NCBI RefSeq assembly: GCF_001447785.1
Contig: NW_015163102.1
Coordinates: forward strand, 875,304-939,303
Length of the DNA stretch: 64,000 bases
DNA from: Gekko japonicus
Lineage: Eukaryota
Reading direction: 5' to 3'
The stretch's first letter is position 1; the number at the start of each line of letters is the position of its first letter. Below, in pieces: positions 13,702 to 24,800 of the stretch. The position numbers and the translations under genes were made by a program. The notes under the pieces were generated by a model, which was not told the origin of the DNA, ran no database searches, and worked only from the letters and a program-made list of their open reading frames with translations.

Positions 13702-14210
13702 GGCCCCGGTCACACGGGCCGGATATCGTAGGGGGGAGGCATGTCTAATTGCTCCGGAGGAAACTAATGTGCGGCCGCCCGAGCACATGTCCTGGTCGAG
13801 GTCCTGTGATTAGGGGATAGATGCTGACCAGACAGGTATCCTGCAGCGTGGCACAGAAGCCGTGCGGCGCGATCGCACTAGCAATTGCTCTTTTTGCGCA
13901 TGTGCTGTTGGGCACTGTTGTGCAACCTGCGGAGACTTGGGAGAACCCCCCCTTGTGTGCGACAAACAGTGGCGGACACCAGATGCCACGTAAGTCCACC
14001 GGAAACGCAATCAGACGCCCGCCCTTGCCCTGCGGTTTCCGGAAACTAATATCTCGGAGGTACTAGTTTTTTACTCCGCATCTTCGGCGGGAAGCCTCGG
14101 GTTAGCCACGGGAGCTCTACGCTTCCCAGATGTTGGAGTGTGATCGCGCCCGGAAAATCCACCTACCATCTGTATCATCAGCACGGCAAATGCTCTTTGT
14201 GACCGCAGCC
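13702..14210. mobile_element. PIF/Harbinger-like MITE, family A (inverted relative to the 7039 copy)
   Basis: TIRs ggccccggtcacac...gtgaccgcagcc; 3-bp TSD ATA at 13699-13701 and 14211-14213. Confidence 0.85.
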
Positions 14211-14504
14211 ATAGATCCCCTTTTCCTGCCTCCTACTCTTCTTCCCACCCACCAGCCTTTGTCTTCCCCACTCCATCTTCATCTTTCCTTATTCTCTCTT
14301 CCTAGCAGCCTCTCCCTTGAATATTCTGCACAGTTCTGGCCACCAGGCTGGGCCAGGCCCAGTTGTGTAGTGGAAAAACTGCAAGGACCTGTGGGGGCAC
14401 CTTATTTCCCTGATATTCCCTCACCACACTATGTTCCTGCCTCCTCCTCTCCTTCCCACACACCAACCTACCTTTTATCTTCTCCCCATCTTTGGCTACA
14501 TATA

Positions 14505-14730
14505 TTATTTATTAACTTAATTTATACCCTGCCTTTCTCCACAATGGGAACCCAAAGCAGCTTACACAATTCTATTTCATTTTATCTTCACAACAACCCT
14601 GTGAGGTAGGTTAAGCTGAGTGTATGTGACTAGTCCACAGTCACCCTATGAGCTTCCTTGGCAAAATGAGGATTCAAACCTGGTCTCCCGGATTGTACTC
14701 TGAAACTCTAACCACTATACCACGCTGGCT
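14505..14730 (-). mobile_element. CORE-type SINE
   Basis: caacaaccctgtgaggtaggtta...ctaaccactataccacgctggct in reverse orientation. Confidence 0.75.
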
Positions 14731-17700
14731 TCTGTGGGGTGGTTGATGTTGAACAAAAGGAAGCAGCCAGCCCTGGGTAAATCAAGTTTCCAGGTGATTG
14801 TTTGTGGGTCTGGCCCTGATGAGCCTTCCTTAAAGGCCAAAACAGGCCTGGAAAGGGATTCTGCTTTTCCTGACAGAAACCAAGTCTTGAATACTGTTGT
14901 GGTTGCCTAACAATGGCCACTGAGGGCATCTGTCTTAAAGCTACAGAGACCCCTTTTATCATTTGGGGGGGAGTTACCCCAATTATATTTCTTTAAGGTT
15001 TTGGACTTATTCATTTAATTCACAAGGTAGGGGCTTTTCTCAGGTTTGTAGAAATATTTACCTTGTTTCTCCATGACTCCAGATTTAAGTATCCACAGAT
15101 TGGGCTACATCGAATTAGATAATATTGATGTGTTAAATAACCAATTCATAGACAGGTAATTAGTGAAACAAAAACAAATATAATTAGGACCATTTCTGTG
15201 GAATGTGCCTGTAAGTAGAGGGAGGAAATTTGGCATTCTCTTCTTCAGACACCGTGCTTAATAAAAAGGTGTGTGATGCCAAAGAGATCACTCCAAGTAT
15301 TTATTTTATTTACAAAATTCTTAGCCCACCTTTCTCACTGAGACTCAAGGAGAATTACAAAACTTATAAAAACAGTTCAATCAGACAGTAAGCACCTATT
15401 ATGAGCAATGTGGTAGAACAAGGATCACAGAACTGGGGAACCGTGCAAACAGAAATCAAAAGAGAGAGAAAAATGGTCTAGGCATGATATGTCATAATGC
15501 AGAAAGTGGATGACAAAGACAGAATACAATGCAGTAGAAGGAAGGTGATAGATACACAAAGCATTGCAAGAGAGTACGATCCTCTCCCTTATCAAGCAAC
15601 TTGCTCAGCAGTTCTGTTCTACTGAGCTTTAATCCCTATATAAAAATGCCCTCCTGAGCATTTCTGTTTGACACATTCTGCAAAATAATAATAAGGTTTC
15701 ATGACTTATGATTGTGCATGGAAAGCATAATTGATTGTAAATTGGCAACTGGAGCTCCCCAGCCAGAACTTTGGGGGTTTCCCATCGGTTTTGCTGTATA
15801 TCCTCTTATCTCAGGGACCTCATCCATTTTCTTCTGAACTAAGCCAAAGACAAAGGACTCTTTAGCCGGTTCCCATTCAGTATGAACAGCAGCAGAGGTT
15901 CTGCCAGAGTTCTCCCATTAGGTTTTGTAGCGATTCACACACATGTGGGAGTCAGGCTCAGGCAACTGGGAATGAGAAGCTAAAGTACATCAGAGTGAAC
16001 CAGGCAAAATGCGTGTTGCTGCAAACTCTGAAGAGGGGGGGCTTCAATGAGCCTCTGGTTGTATCTTGGTCCACTTAGGGGTGTGTCAGTGTTGCTGAAC
16101 CTTCTACACATGCTTAATTGAATTATTCAAGAAAATTTTCTATGCAGGCAATAGAGTTGCACTGTACTAAATGATTCACCAAGTTACTTAGATAAATTAT
16201 TAGGGACTGTGATCTCTACTACTGTGTTTAGCTTACTGAAAACTAGGATCTGACTATGGAATGTTTGTATTATTTAATGTGTCATCTTAAGACTTAGGGA
16301 TTGCTTCCGTCCTGTTTTTAGATTTCTGATTGGTTCTGCAACCCTAATCCTATTACTGAATATCCCATCCTGTCAATTGTATTGACTTTACTCTGTATGA
16401 TCCGCCTTGAGTCGAAGTGACAAAGACAGATTATAAAGGACACAAATGTGGCTCTTATTAATTAGTTGAGATACACATATTAGTTCTAATATATTGTTCT
16501 ATGATTTAAACATACATTTTTGTTAAACTTCTGTAAATCGTTATGGATGGGGAAGGAAGGGAGAGAACGTATCCATTAAGATGCAAGTTACTTTTAATTA
16601 AGCTTCCTTTTCTGACTCAATTGAGCCAAATTAAAACTCATACATAAACATAACTGTGAAGGCTGCTATAGGAGAAATGCTTTCCAAAAGCAAATCCATA
16701 ACAAAAAGAAAGGTTGTAAGGAGTTTGTATTGGAATAGGCATCTTCACCAGGTAATCCAAAATCATTTGTGCCTTTTTCAGATGAAAGTCTGGGGACTTT
16801 CAGAACGCAAAATAAATTCCTTTTTGTCCTCTTAACACATTATTCATCAGCCATGGGGAGAGAGGTCATTCTCTTTCTTTAACCATGCTTTTAATACTGT
16901 CTATCAATTCTCAGTATTTAAGTACAAATGTAAAAAAAAAGAATATTTACTTTCCCAAAAAAATGAATATATTTTATTGCTGTTATTCTCTCACCCCTTT
17001 TGTCTGCCCTTAAGTAAAAAAATATTTAAATTCCACAAACTTTCTTTGCAGGGGGAAAAAAGAAAGTAAAGTTAGCTTTTTGCTTTTGAACAAAGTCAAA
17101 AGTAGTGGATGATTGCTCAGTGATACAATGACTATAGGGAAGGAAAAGAATCTAACAAAGCTTAGAAGTTTCTCAATTTCCCTTTGTTCAAATCTTCAAA
17201 AAGTGAAATTTGAAAGAAAATGCTATTATAATGAAGGTACTTTGGGGGAGGTCTCAGCATATCTCCAAGGAAAAGCCAGGGTTGGGTTTTTTCCAGAGCA
17301 ATTTTAGCAGTTGGGTGTTAATAAGGTATCCTTTCATTTGTCTTATAGACAAATCTTTCATTATAGAGTTTATGTTAATTATATTTTATTTAAAAAATAA
17401 ATACTTGATCTCTTTGGAGTGCATCACATCAGTTGGGAGGGGCTATTTAAAAACAAGATCAGAACAGAAGGATAAGGATAGCTAACTCTACTTCCTTCTC
17501 TGATATTAGAGGTCAACTGGGCAGGGAGAAAAATGCTAAAATCAACCATAGTAAGGTATGGCAGGGAGAAGCTGGTTTTAGCTTCCCTCACTCATATGTA
17601 CCATTTTTTTTGTAAACGGTCACACCATATCCTACTTGAGAATCGGGGGGGGGGGGGGCATGCACACACACCTCCTTGTGTCTGCTTTGCAAATGAGAAT

Positions 17701-17822
17701 TTTCACAGCCTGTAGAACACAGATACTTTCTTATATCTGCCTGAAATTTGGGTGTAAGGATTGCTTAGGTGAGGGTACAACTTTATTCCAGTTGAGTTTG
17801 GGGAATGGGAAACCTGGAAATA

Positions 17823-17862
17823 NNNNNNNNNNNNNNNNNNNNNNNNNNNNNNNNNNNNNNNN
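17823..17862. other. Assembly gap (40 N)
   Basis: Run of N. Confidence 1.
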
Positions 17863-18239
17863 ACAGGATTGCCAGCTGATTAACTTTGATTTCCGTGTTT
17901 ACTCTTGAGTTAAGCCCCCTCACTGGCTTGCCAGTTGTTTGTCTCCAACTCTGTGCTGAGCAGCTTTGTGCCTGTGCAGAATTGCTCACAGTTCACTCTC
18001 TTTTTGAGCCTCTGTACTCTACTGTAGTCTTTACATGACCTGTAATGGATATGTTGCTTTTTTTGTTTTTGCATGCCAGGAATAGTGCATGGTGACAACA
18101 AGCCCAGAACATCTATTGGTAGTGTAAAAGTTCCCATAGTTTAAGGACAATTTTTGTGATCTGACTTATAGATATAAGGCAAAGAGGGCAGAGGGTTGAG
18201 AGAGAACAGATCTCAGGCATCCATTTTGACAGGAGAGAC

Positions 18240-19320
18240 CATGCCCCCCCCCCATCCTCCTCCATTGTTTTCAATGAAGGAAAAGGCACTGGGTTTTGCT
18301 GGGCACTAGTACATTGTGCTGGTACAGCTAGGCACTCTGTACATGCACTGGCTATGCTGGGCTTGAATCCTTCCTTGCTTGGATTTGTTGAGCTGGCATT
18401 GCCAAAGTGGCATTGGTTCTGCTGGGCACTCTGTACATGCACTGACTGTGCTAGGCTTGCAAATCCCCCTTGCTTGGATTTGTTGAGCTGGCACTGCCAC
18501 GTTCTGCATGCCCCCCTTCAGTTTCTATTGCACAGACTCTCTGGTTTGACATCAGTACCTGATTTTTTTGCTGTTTTCCCCTCCATTGGACATAATGGAT
18601 TATTGGGGCACCTTCTTTGGGGGCCTATGGAATTGGACCTCCTGGTCAGTCTAAGATGAGTTAGTGTGAGCTAGCTCACAGTTTTTAGCCTCCAACTCAC
18701 AGATTTTTGTCTTAGCTCATGAAGGATGGCTCCAGAGCAAACTAATTTATGCAGTAGCCAAATCTCTCACTCTTAACTTCAGTGCCAGTAGCTCACAAAG
18801 TAGAATTTTTGCTCACAAGACTCCACTACTTAGAAGGGAGCATTGCCCCAGTCCAATCTTTTTGAAACTTGAGGGGGGTGTCTTTTGAGGGCAACAGAAG
18901 CAATGCTGAAAATTCAGTGCTTCTACCTCAAAAACAGCCTCCCCAGACCCCCACATACCCCCAGATAGATTTCCCACTATAGCCTATGGGGATCATTGAC
19001 TATAATGGTCCCCATAGACTATAACGGAGCTGAAGGCATTTAAAGATATCACAGTCCCTTTAAACGTGTTTGTGAAGCTGCAGCTTCACCTGGAAAAGCA
19101 TTTAAAGGGAGTGCAACCTCTTTAAACACTGTTTAACTGCAGCTATCCTGTTTTCCCAGATAATCCCAAATTGGGGGGGGGATTATCCAGGATTGGCTAT
19201 GCTCGATAACTGAAAATACACCCCCCCCTCTATATCCAGCTGAAAGAATAACCAATAAATAGTAAAAAGGTATTTTCCAGCTATTTTTTCAGCTTGGATA
19301 GAGCCGAATGCACACTCCTA
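18240..19320. mobile_element. Non-autonomous DNA-transposon-like element ending in gccgaatgcacactccta, containing a partial hAT MITE (about 18650-18845)
   Basis: Shares internal blocks (tctacctcaaaa, cattgactataatgg) and its terminus with the element around BovB (about 41700-45105). Left boundary uncertain. Confidence 0.55.
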
Positions 19321-19387
19321 CTTTGGAGCCAAGCTTCTGAGCGTGCACGATTTCCCTTCTACTCATTCTTTCTCTTTCCAGCATTTT

Positions 19388-19622
19388 GTATTTTAATTTA
19401 TTTCTCTTGCTTTTCTCCCTGATTGGGGACCCAAAGTGTCTTCTCAGATTGTTCACCTCTCCTCCGTTGAATCCTCACAATAACAACCTTATAAGGGTAT
19501 GTTAGGCAGAGAGATTGTGACAGGCTCAAGGTCACTTGGTGGGCTTCCATGGGTGGAGTGAGGGATTCAGACCCAGTCATCCCAGGTCCTAGCCCTACAC
19601 TTTAACCACTGTGCCACACCAG
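19388..19622 (-). mobile_element. CORE-type SINE
   Basis: Reverse-oriented head ttaaccactgtgccacac and core ctcaaggtcacttggtg. Confidence 0.7.
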
Positions 19623-19882
19623 CCCACACTGGTATGGATTTTTTCTCCTTGCTGGCTTTAACCCTCATTTGACATTACATCTACAGCATTGATAACTTGA
19701 GTTTGAGATCTAGAAATAAGATCTGAAGTGCTTTTGCAAGCGTTAGTTATGAAGTAACCAGGTTATAGATGGTTAATGTAAGTGCAGCTGTCTTGTTAAC
19801 TCATGGTTAACACCAATAAGAAAAGTGGGAGTTTTGTTTCCCTTTCTTTCCTTACCCCTGTATACCCCCAAAATTTAATAAA

Positions 19883-20463
19883 GGCCCCGGTCACACGGAG
19901 CATTAGGCACGCTAGAGAGAGGGAAGATAGGCAGATTTTCTGGGCGCGATCTCACTGCCACATCTGGGAAGCGTAGAGCTCCCGTGGCTCACCCGAGGCT
20001 TCACTCCAAAGATTCGCTGTAAAAAACTAGTACCCCCAAGGTACTAGTTTCCAGAAACTGCGGGGCAAGGGCGGGCGTCAGATCACATTTTCAGTGTTAT
20101 CTTGTGGCATCCGGCGCCCGCCCATGTCCCGTCGTGAATTTTTTTTTGGGTCAACTCTCCAAGGGTGTGCACAAGCACCCAACGGTGCATGTGAACACTT
20201 GGGTTAAAAAAAACAACACAAACCCCACGGCGCCGCTTCTTTGCCGCAACGCAGGAGTGAGGTATGATCGGCACCTCCCCCCAACCACGGGACGTCGGCG
20301 GGACGTCGGGCGGGACATTTGATCTGGCTGCCGTGCGGTAGTTCGCTCCGGGGCAAACAGCCACGCCTCCCCCCCCCCCCCCCCCCCCTCTCCGGCCGGT
20401 GGGCCCCGACCACCACCCCCCCCCCCCCCCCCCCCGCGATATCTGGCCCGTGTGACCGAGGCC
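19883..20463. mobile_element. PIF/Harbinger-like MITE, family A
   Basis: TIRs ggccccggtcacacgg...ccgtgtgaccgaggcc; 3-bp TSD AAA on both sides. Confidence 0.85.
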
Positions 20464-20812
20464 AAAATTAACTTAAAAAAAAAAAGTGGGAGTTGTACCA
20501 GATGAGGAAGGAGCATGTATCTTCAAAACAATTAGCTCTCATTGGGAAATCATTAGCTTACTGTTCTGATCCTTTACTTGTTAAGCATAGTCAACTTACC
20601 AAGCAATACCGCTAGCGATCACAATGGGATACTTGGGATTACCTCTTCACCACCACCCAGGGAATGCACTTCACACATTTTAATTGACTTTTGAATGTCC
20701 TAAACAAGAGTAAAATAATTGTCATAAATCTCCATTTGTAATTTGAAGTGAGGGGGATTGGTTCCCCAAACAAAAAGACCTCCTGCTCCAAACACTGAAA
20801 ACATATAGGCCC

Positions 20813-21725
20813 NNNNNNNNNNNNNNNNNNNNNNNNNNNNNNNNNNNNNNNNNNNNNNNNNNNNNNNNNNNNNNNNNNNNNNNNNNNNNNNNNNNNNNNN
20901 NNNNNNNNNNNNNNNNNNNNNNNNNNNNNNNNNNNNNNNNNNNNNNNNNNNNNNNNNNNNNNNNNNNNNNNNNNNNNNNNNNNNNNNNNNNNNNNNNNNN
21001 NNNNNNNNNNNNNNNNNNNNNNNNNNNNNNNNNNNNNNNNNNNNNNNNNNNNNNNNNNNNNNNNNNNNNNNNNNNNNNNNNNNNNNNNNNNNNNNNNNNN
21101 NNNNNNNNNNNNNNNNNNNNNNNNNNNNNNNNNNNNNNNNNNNNNNNNNNNNNNNNNNNNNNNNNNNNNNNNNNNNNNNNNNNNNNNNNNNNNNNNNNNN
21201 NNNNNNNNNNNNNNNNNNNNNNNNNNNNNNNNNNNNNNNNNNNNNNNNNNNNNNNNNNNNNNNNNNNNNNNNNNNNNNNNNNNNNNNNNNNNNNNNNNNN
21301 NNNNNNNNNNNNNNNNNNNNNNNNNNNNNNNNNNNNNNNNNNNNNNNNNNNNNNNNNNNNNNNNNNNNNNNNNNNNNNNNNNNNNNNNNNNNNNNNNNNN
21401 NNNNNNNNNNNNNNNNNNNNNNNNNNNNNNNNNNNNNNNNNNNNNNNNNNNNNNNNNNNNNNNNNNNNNNNNNNNNNNNNNNNNNNNNNNNNNNNNNNNN
21501 NNNNNNNNNNNNNNNNNNNNNNNNNNNNNNNNNNNNNNNNNNNNNNNNNNNNNNNNNNNNNNNNNNNNNNNNNNNNNNNNNNNNNNNNNNNNNNNNNNNN
21601 NNNNNNNNNNNNNNNNNNNNNNNNNNNNNNNNNNNNNNNNNNNNNNNNNNNNNNNNNNNNNNNNNNNNNNNNNNNNNNNNNNNNNNNNNNNNNNNNNNNN
21701 NNNNNNNNNNNNNNNNNNNNNNNNN
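20813..21725. other. Assembly gap flanked by an identical 70-bp sequence
   Basis: N run; 20743-20812 is identical to 21726-21795. Confidence 0.95.
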
Positions 21726-22975
21726 TTGAAGTGAGGGGGATTGGTTCCCCAAACAAAAAGACCTCCTGCTCCAAACACTGAAAACATATAGGCCCATAAT
21801 CCCTACAGCCACAGTTATCAGGGAGGCAATCATATACTTGCACCATACAATGGAAGTTTGAGGGACTTTTTACTCTGGTATAGAAGTTTGAGCTTCCTGT
21901 AAGCAAAATTGAACTTAACTCTATGAATGCAGAAAGTTTGTTATTCTTTGTTGCTCATAAAGAAAACTATCATTATTTCAAAACTTTAATGTCTTAAAAA
22001 ATACTCAAAGAGCAAAAGAATAAAGAAACATGACAGGCATTCTGAAACCTTAATTGCTAGTTTATGCTGGTAGAGGGAGGGAAACCAAATTTTAATTAGG
22101 GCTGAGCAAATGTCCCCTGTTACATTTCATTATTGGTCTGTGGGTTGACTCTGCCCTGCATGCCACTCTGCCTGATTTCCAATTTAATTTGTATAATTTT
22201 GACGATTAATTTTGGAATTGGCACATACCCAGTTACTTTAAAGGTTACCAATGTGCACCAGCATGTGTGTGCTCTAACTGAAGCACCTGCAAAAAGGATT
22301 CATCATGCTACTGCACGATAGCACCAAGATTATTTTCTTTCTTTCTTTTTTGCACAATTTTGATCAGTGCATACATGCACTTGTGAGACTAGTAATCTGA
22401 AACGGGAGAAAAGGATACAATAAGGCACTACCTGATGGCGGTCTGAAGGGCCGCATAAGGAGGGAGGGAAAACTTTGCAGGCTTGGAAGGAGAGAGACTG
22501 CTGGCAGAGTTTCCCACCCATACGGGTATCTGGTGATGGGAGGAGCTTACCTAATTCAGCTGTTGTGCCACCTCACATCTGGGCAGTTCTTTTGGAATCA
22601 GCCGGCGAGAAGGATCATCTCTCTGGCACAGTGTTTGTTCAGGCCTAGGAGTCATTGTGATTGGTTTGGAGGATTGGAGTGGTTGAGATAGATCGTTGCG
22701 GGTCTTGGTAGCTTACTTAGGGGAATGGTGGGTGGTATATTTACTGCCCTTCCCACCCACCCCCTTAAGGGGTTTTTCTTCCCCTCCTGCCCCCCCTCTT
22801 TTTCCCCCCTTTCTCTAGTTCTTGCACGAGGAAGACCTCTTAACTCCTTATATCCTTAGTTCTTACATGCCATGAGTTTGCAGGTCGCTCATGGTCGGCA
22901 GCTTTGGGAGCGGGCTGGGCACGGTCATGCAGTTGGGTGTAGGTGCCATTTTGTCACATGCTTTCCTCGTGCAAG

Positions 22976-23595
22976 ATGGCGTCAGGAAAAGGGAAGGGGC
23001 CGGCGAAGGATTTGCAGCAAGCAGCGAAAGCTGCGAAGCCAGTTCGTGAGTCTCATTCCTCTTTGGATGATGAGGAGATGGAGCAGGATTGGCGGCTCAT
23101 TTTGGAGCATTTGGAGGCTTTAGAGAATGCTCACGGGGTTACTGTCACTCGGGGGCAGGTGGAAATCTGTGGTCCCATCAGCGGTCTCGTTCTGCTCAGT
23201 TTAACCAGTCAGTGTTGGCCCATCTTTCAGCTCTAGATGGCTCCTCTTCTATCACTCCCCCCGCAGGGAGTGAGGACGGAGGGCTAGAGCAGGGGGCTGT
23301 GGCAGCAGAGAGATCACCAACCCGGGGTACAACTGGAGAGGGGGTACTGGTTGATGTGGCTGTTGTGGCCACGGACAGTGCAGGTAAGTTGGACTCTTCT
23401 GTTGGGGGAACCGCTTGGCCTTGGGGATGTGGGAACTCAGGTGGGGCTGCCGCGGGTGCATCTGCGGGGGTTCTGGTGGGCAATTTGGCATGTCCCCCTT
23501 GTGGGCTGGGCAATCAATGGGGGTTCAGTCCTCCTGCCAAGGCCGGGCATGGCCTTTGGGGATGGGAGACTGGGGATCGGGACAGCAGCCCTCTT
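22976..23595 (+). pseudogene. YR-retrotransposon ORF1 (gag-like) N-terminal part, frameshifted
   Basis: MASGKGKGPAK...DDEEMEQDWRLILEHLEALENAH, then in the 23089 frame QSVLAHLSALD: basic N-terminus, acidic patch and two short amphipathic or coiled-coil segments. Confidence 0.6.
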
Positions 23596-23599
23596 GGGC

Positions 23600-24130
23600 T
23601 TTTTTTGTTTGTTGGGCTGGTGGGTTTGGGACAGTGCCAGCACTTGCTCCAAGTGTTAGCTGGTGAGCTTGGGGTCCCATTGACTCATGAGAAGACTGAA
23701 GGGCCATCATCCATATTGACCTTTTTGGGTATAGAACAATACTGTCCAGCAGAGATCACGCCTGCCTGAGGCCAAGTAGGGACACCTGAGGTAACAAGTT
23801 GCCAGCTTTTTGGCCAAAAAGAAAGCCTCTCTGTTAGAGTTACAGCAGTTAGTGAGCCATTTGATTTTTGCTTGCCGGGTGGTAGCCCCGGGGAGGGCGT
23901 TTCTGCGCCAGTTTTCTAAGGCCATGTCTGGCTTGAGACAACCACACCACAGAGTCAGGATCCACAAGGGTATGAGGGAGGACTTGTTAGTTTGGCAGAG
24001 CTTTTTAGGCCAGTTCAATGGGGTTTCATTTTGGAGGGAGGACCTCTGCCTGCGGGGTGGCCTGCAGGTGTCCTCTGATGCAACACGTGCCATAGACTTT
24101 GGGGTCTTTTTTCAAGGTCACTGGTGGCAC
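23600..24130 (+). pseudogene. DIRS-type RT C-terminal region and start of RNase H
   Basis: FLFVG...LGVPLTHEKTEGPSSILTFLGIE and ELQQLVSHLIFACRVVAPGRAFLR...DLLVWQSFLGQFNG...SDA...FGVFFQGHW are typical of DIRS/Ngaro pol. The YxDD expected just before FLFVG is absent. Confidence 0.85.
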
Positions 24131-24143
24131 TCGGTCACTGGTT

Positions 24144-24200
24144 GGGCGGTGGCACTCGGCTGCTTGTAAGACATACGTACGGCCTCTATTGGCTCCCTAA
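24144..24200 (+). pseudogene. Tyrosine recombinase C-terminal remnant
   Basis: My translation of 24144-24200 is GRWHSAACKTYVRPLLAP*, matching the GRWxSxAyxxYxR motif that carries the catalytic Tyr. Not in the ORF track. Confidence 0.75.
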
Positions 24201-24244
24201 GGAGGTTTACTGTTTAATGTTATTCGTTGTTGTTGTTTTTAGGT

Positions 24245-24800
24245 TCTTTGGAACCGGCGTGGAGGCTCTGAGTGCTTATTGTGGGGCACAACATGGTTTT
24301 CTGGGCACCCCATTATGCAGCGAGATCCGGAATGGGGGCACAGCTGGGCCTGAGTGACTGCGCCATCATTGAGTGGTTGGGACAACGGGGCCTGCAGTGG
24401 ACTGGACTTATGCTGCTGCTATTCTGTGAGTGGGATAGGCCTCCTCCTGATTCACTTGGGGGGTAATGACCTAGGGATGGTCATGGGGAAGGCGTTGATA
24501 CTGCAGGTGCAGGACGACATGGATGAAATTGTGGCACGGTGGCCCAATATCTCGCTGGTGTGGTCAGCCATTCTCCCCCGCCGGGTGTGGAAGTGGGCAT
24601 GTGACCCGCATGCCATGATGCGGGGTGGGGGCTTTGTGATTCCTCACCCGGGCATTCTACGGGAGTGCACCCATCTCTATCGGGAGGATGTGGTGCCTCT
24701 TTCTGAGCTGGGAAATAGGATACTGTTGGAAAATTTTCGGCAAGGTCTGAGGCAGATTGTCTGCTGGTGTGTGGGGTCAAGGGCCAAAGCAGAGGCTTGA
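24245..24800 (+). pseudogene. SGNH/GDSL hydrolase-like ORF of the YR retrotransposon
   Basis: VLIVGHNMVFWA (block I, Ser replaced by Asn), WLGQRGLQW (block II), LIHLGGNDL (block III), LYREDVVPLS (degenerate DGVH block V); one frameshift near 24445. Confidence 0.8.

Noticed and set aside
20639-21906. Three ORFs of about 380-390 aa
   Set aside because: Artefacts of translating through the N gap.
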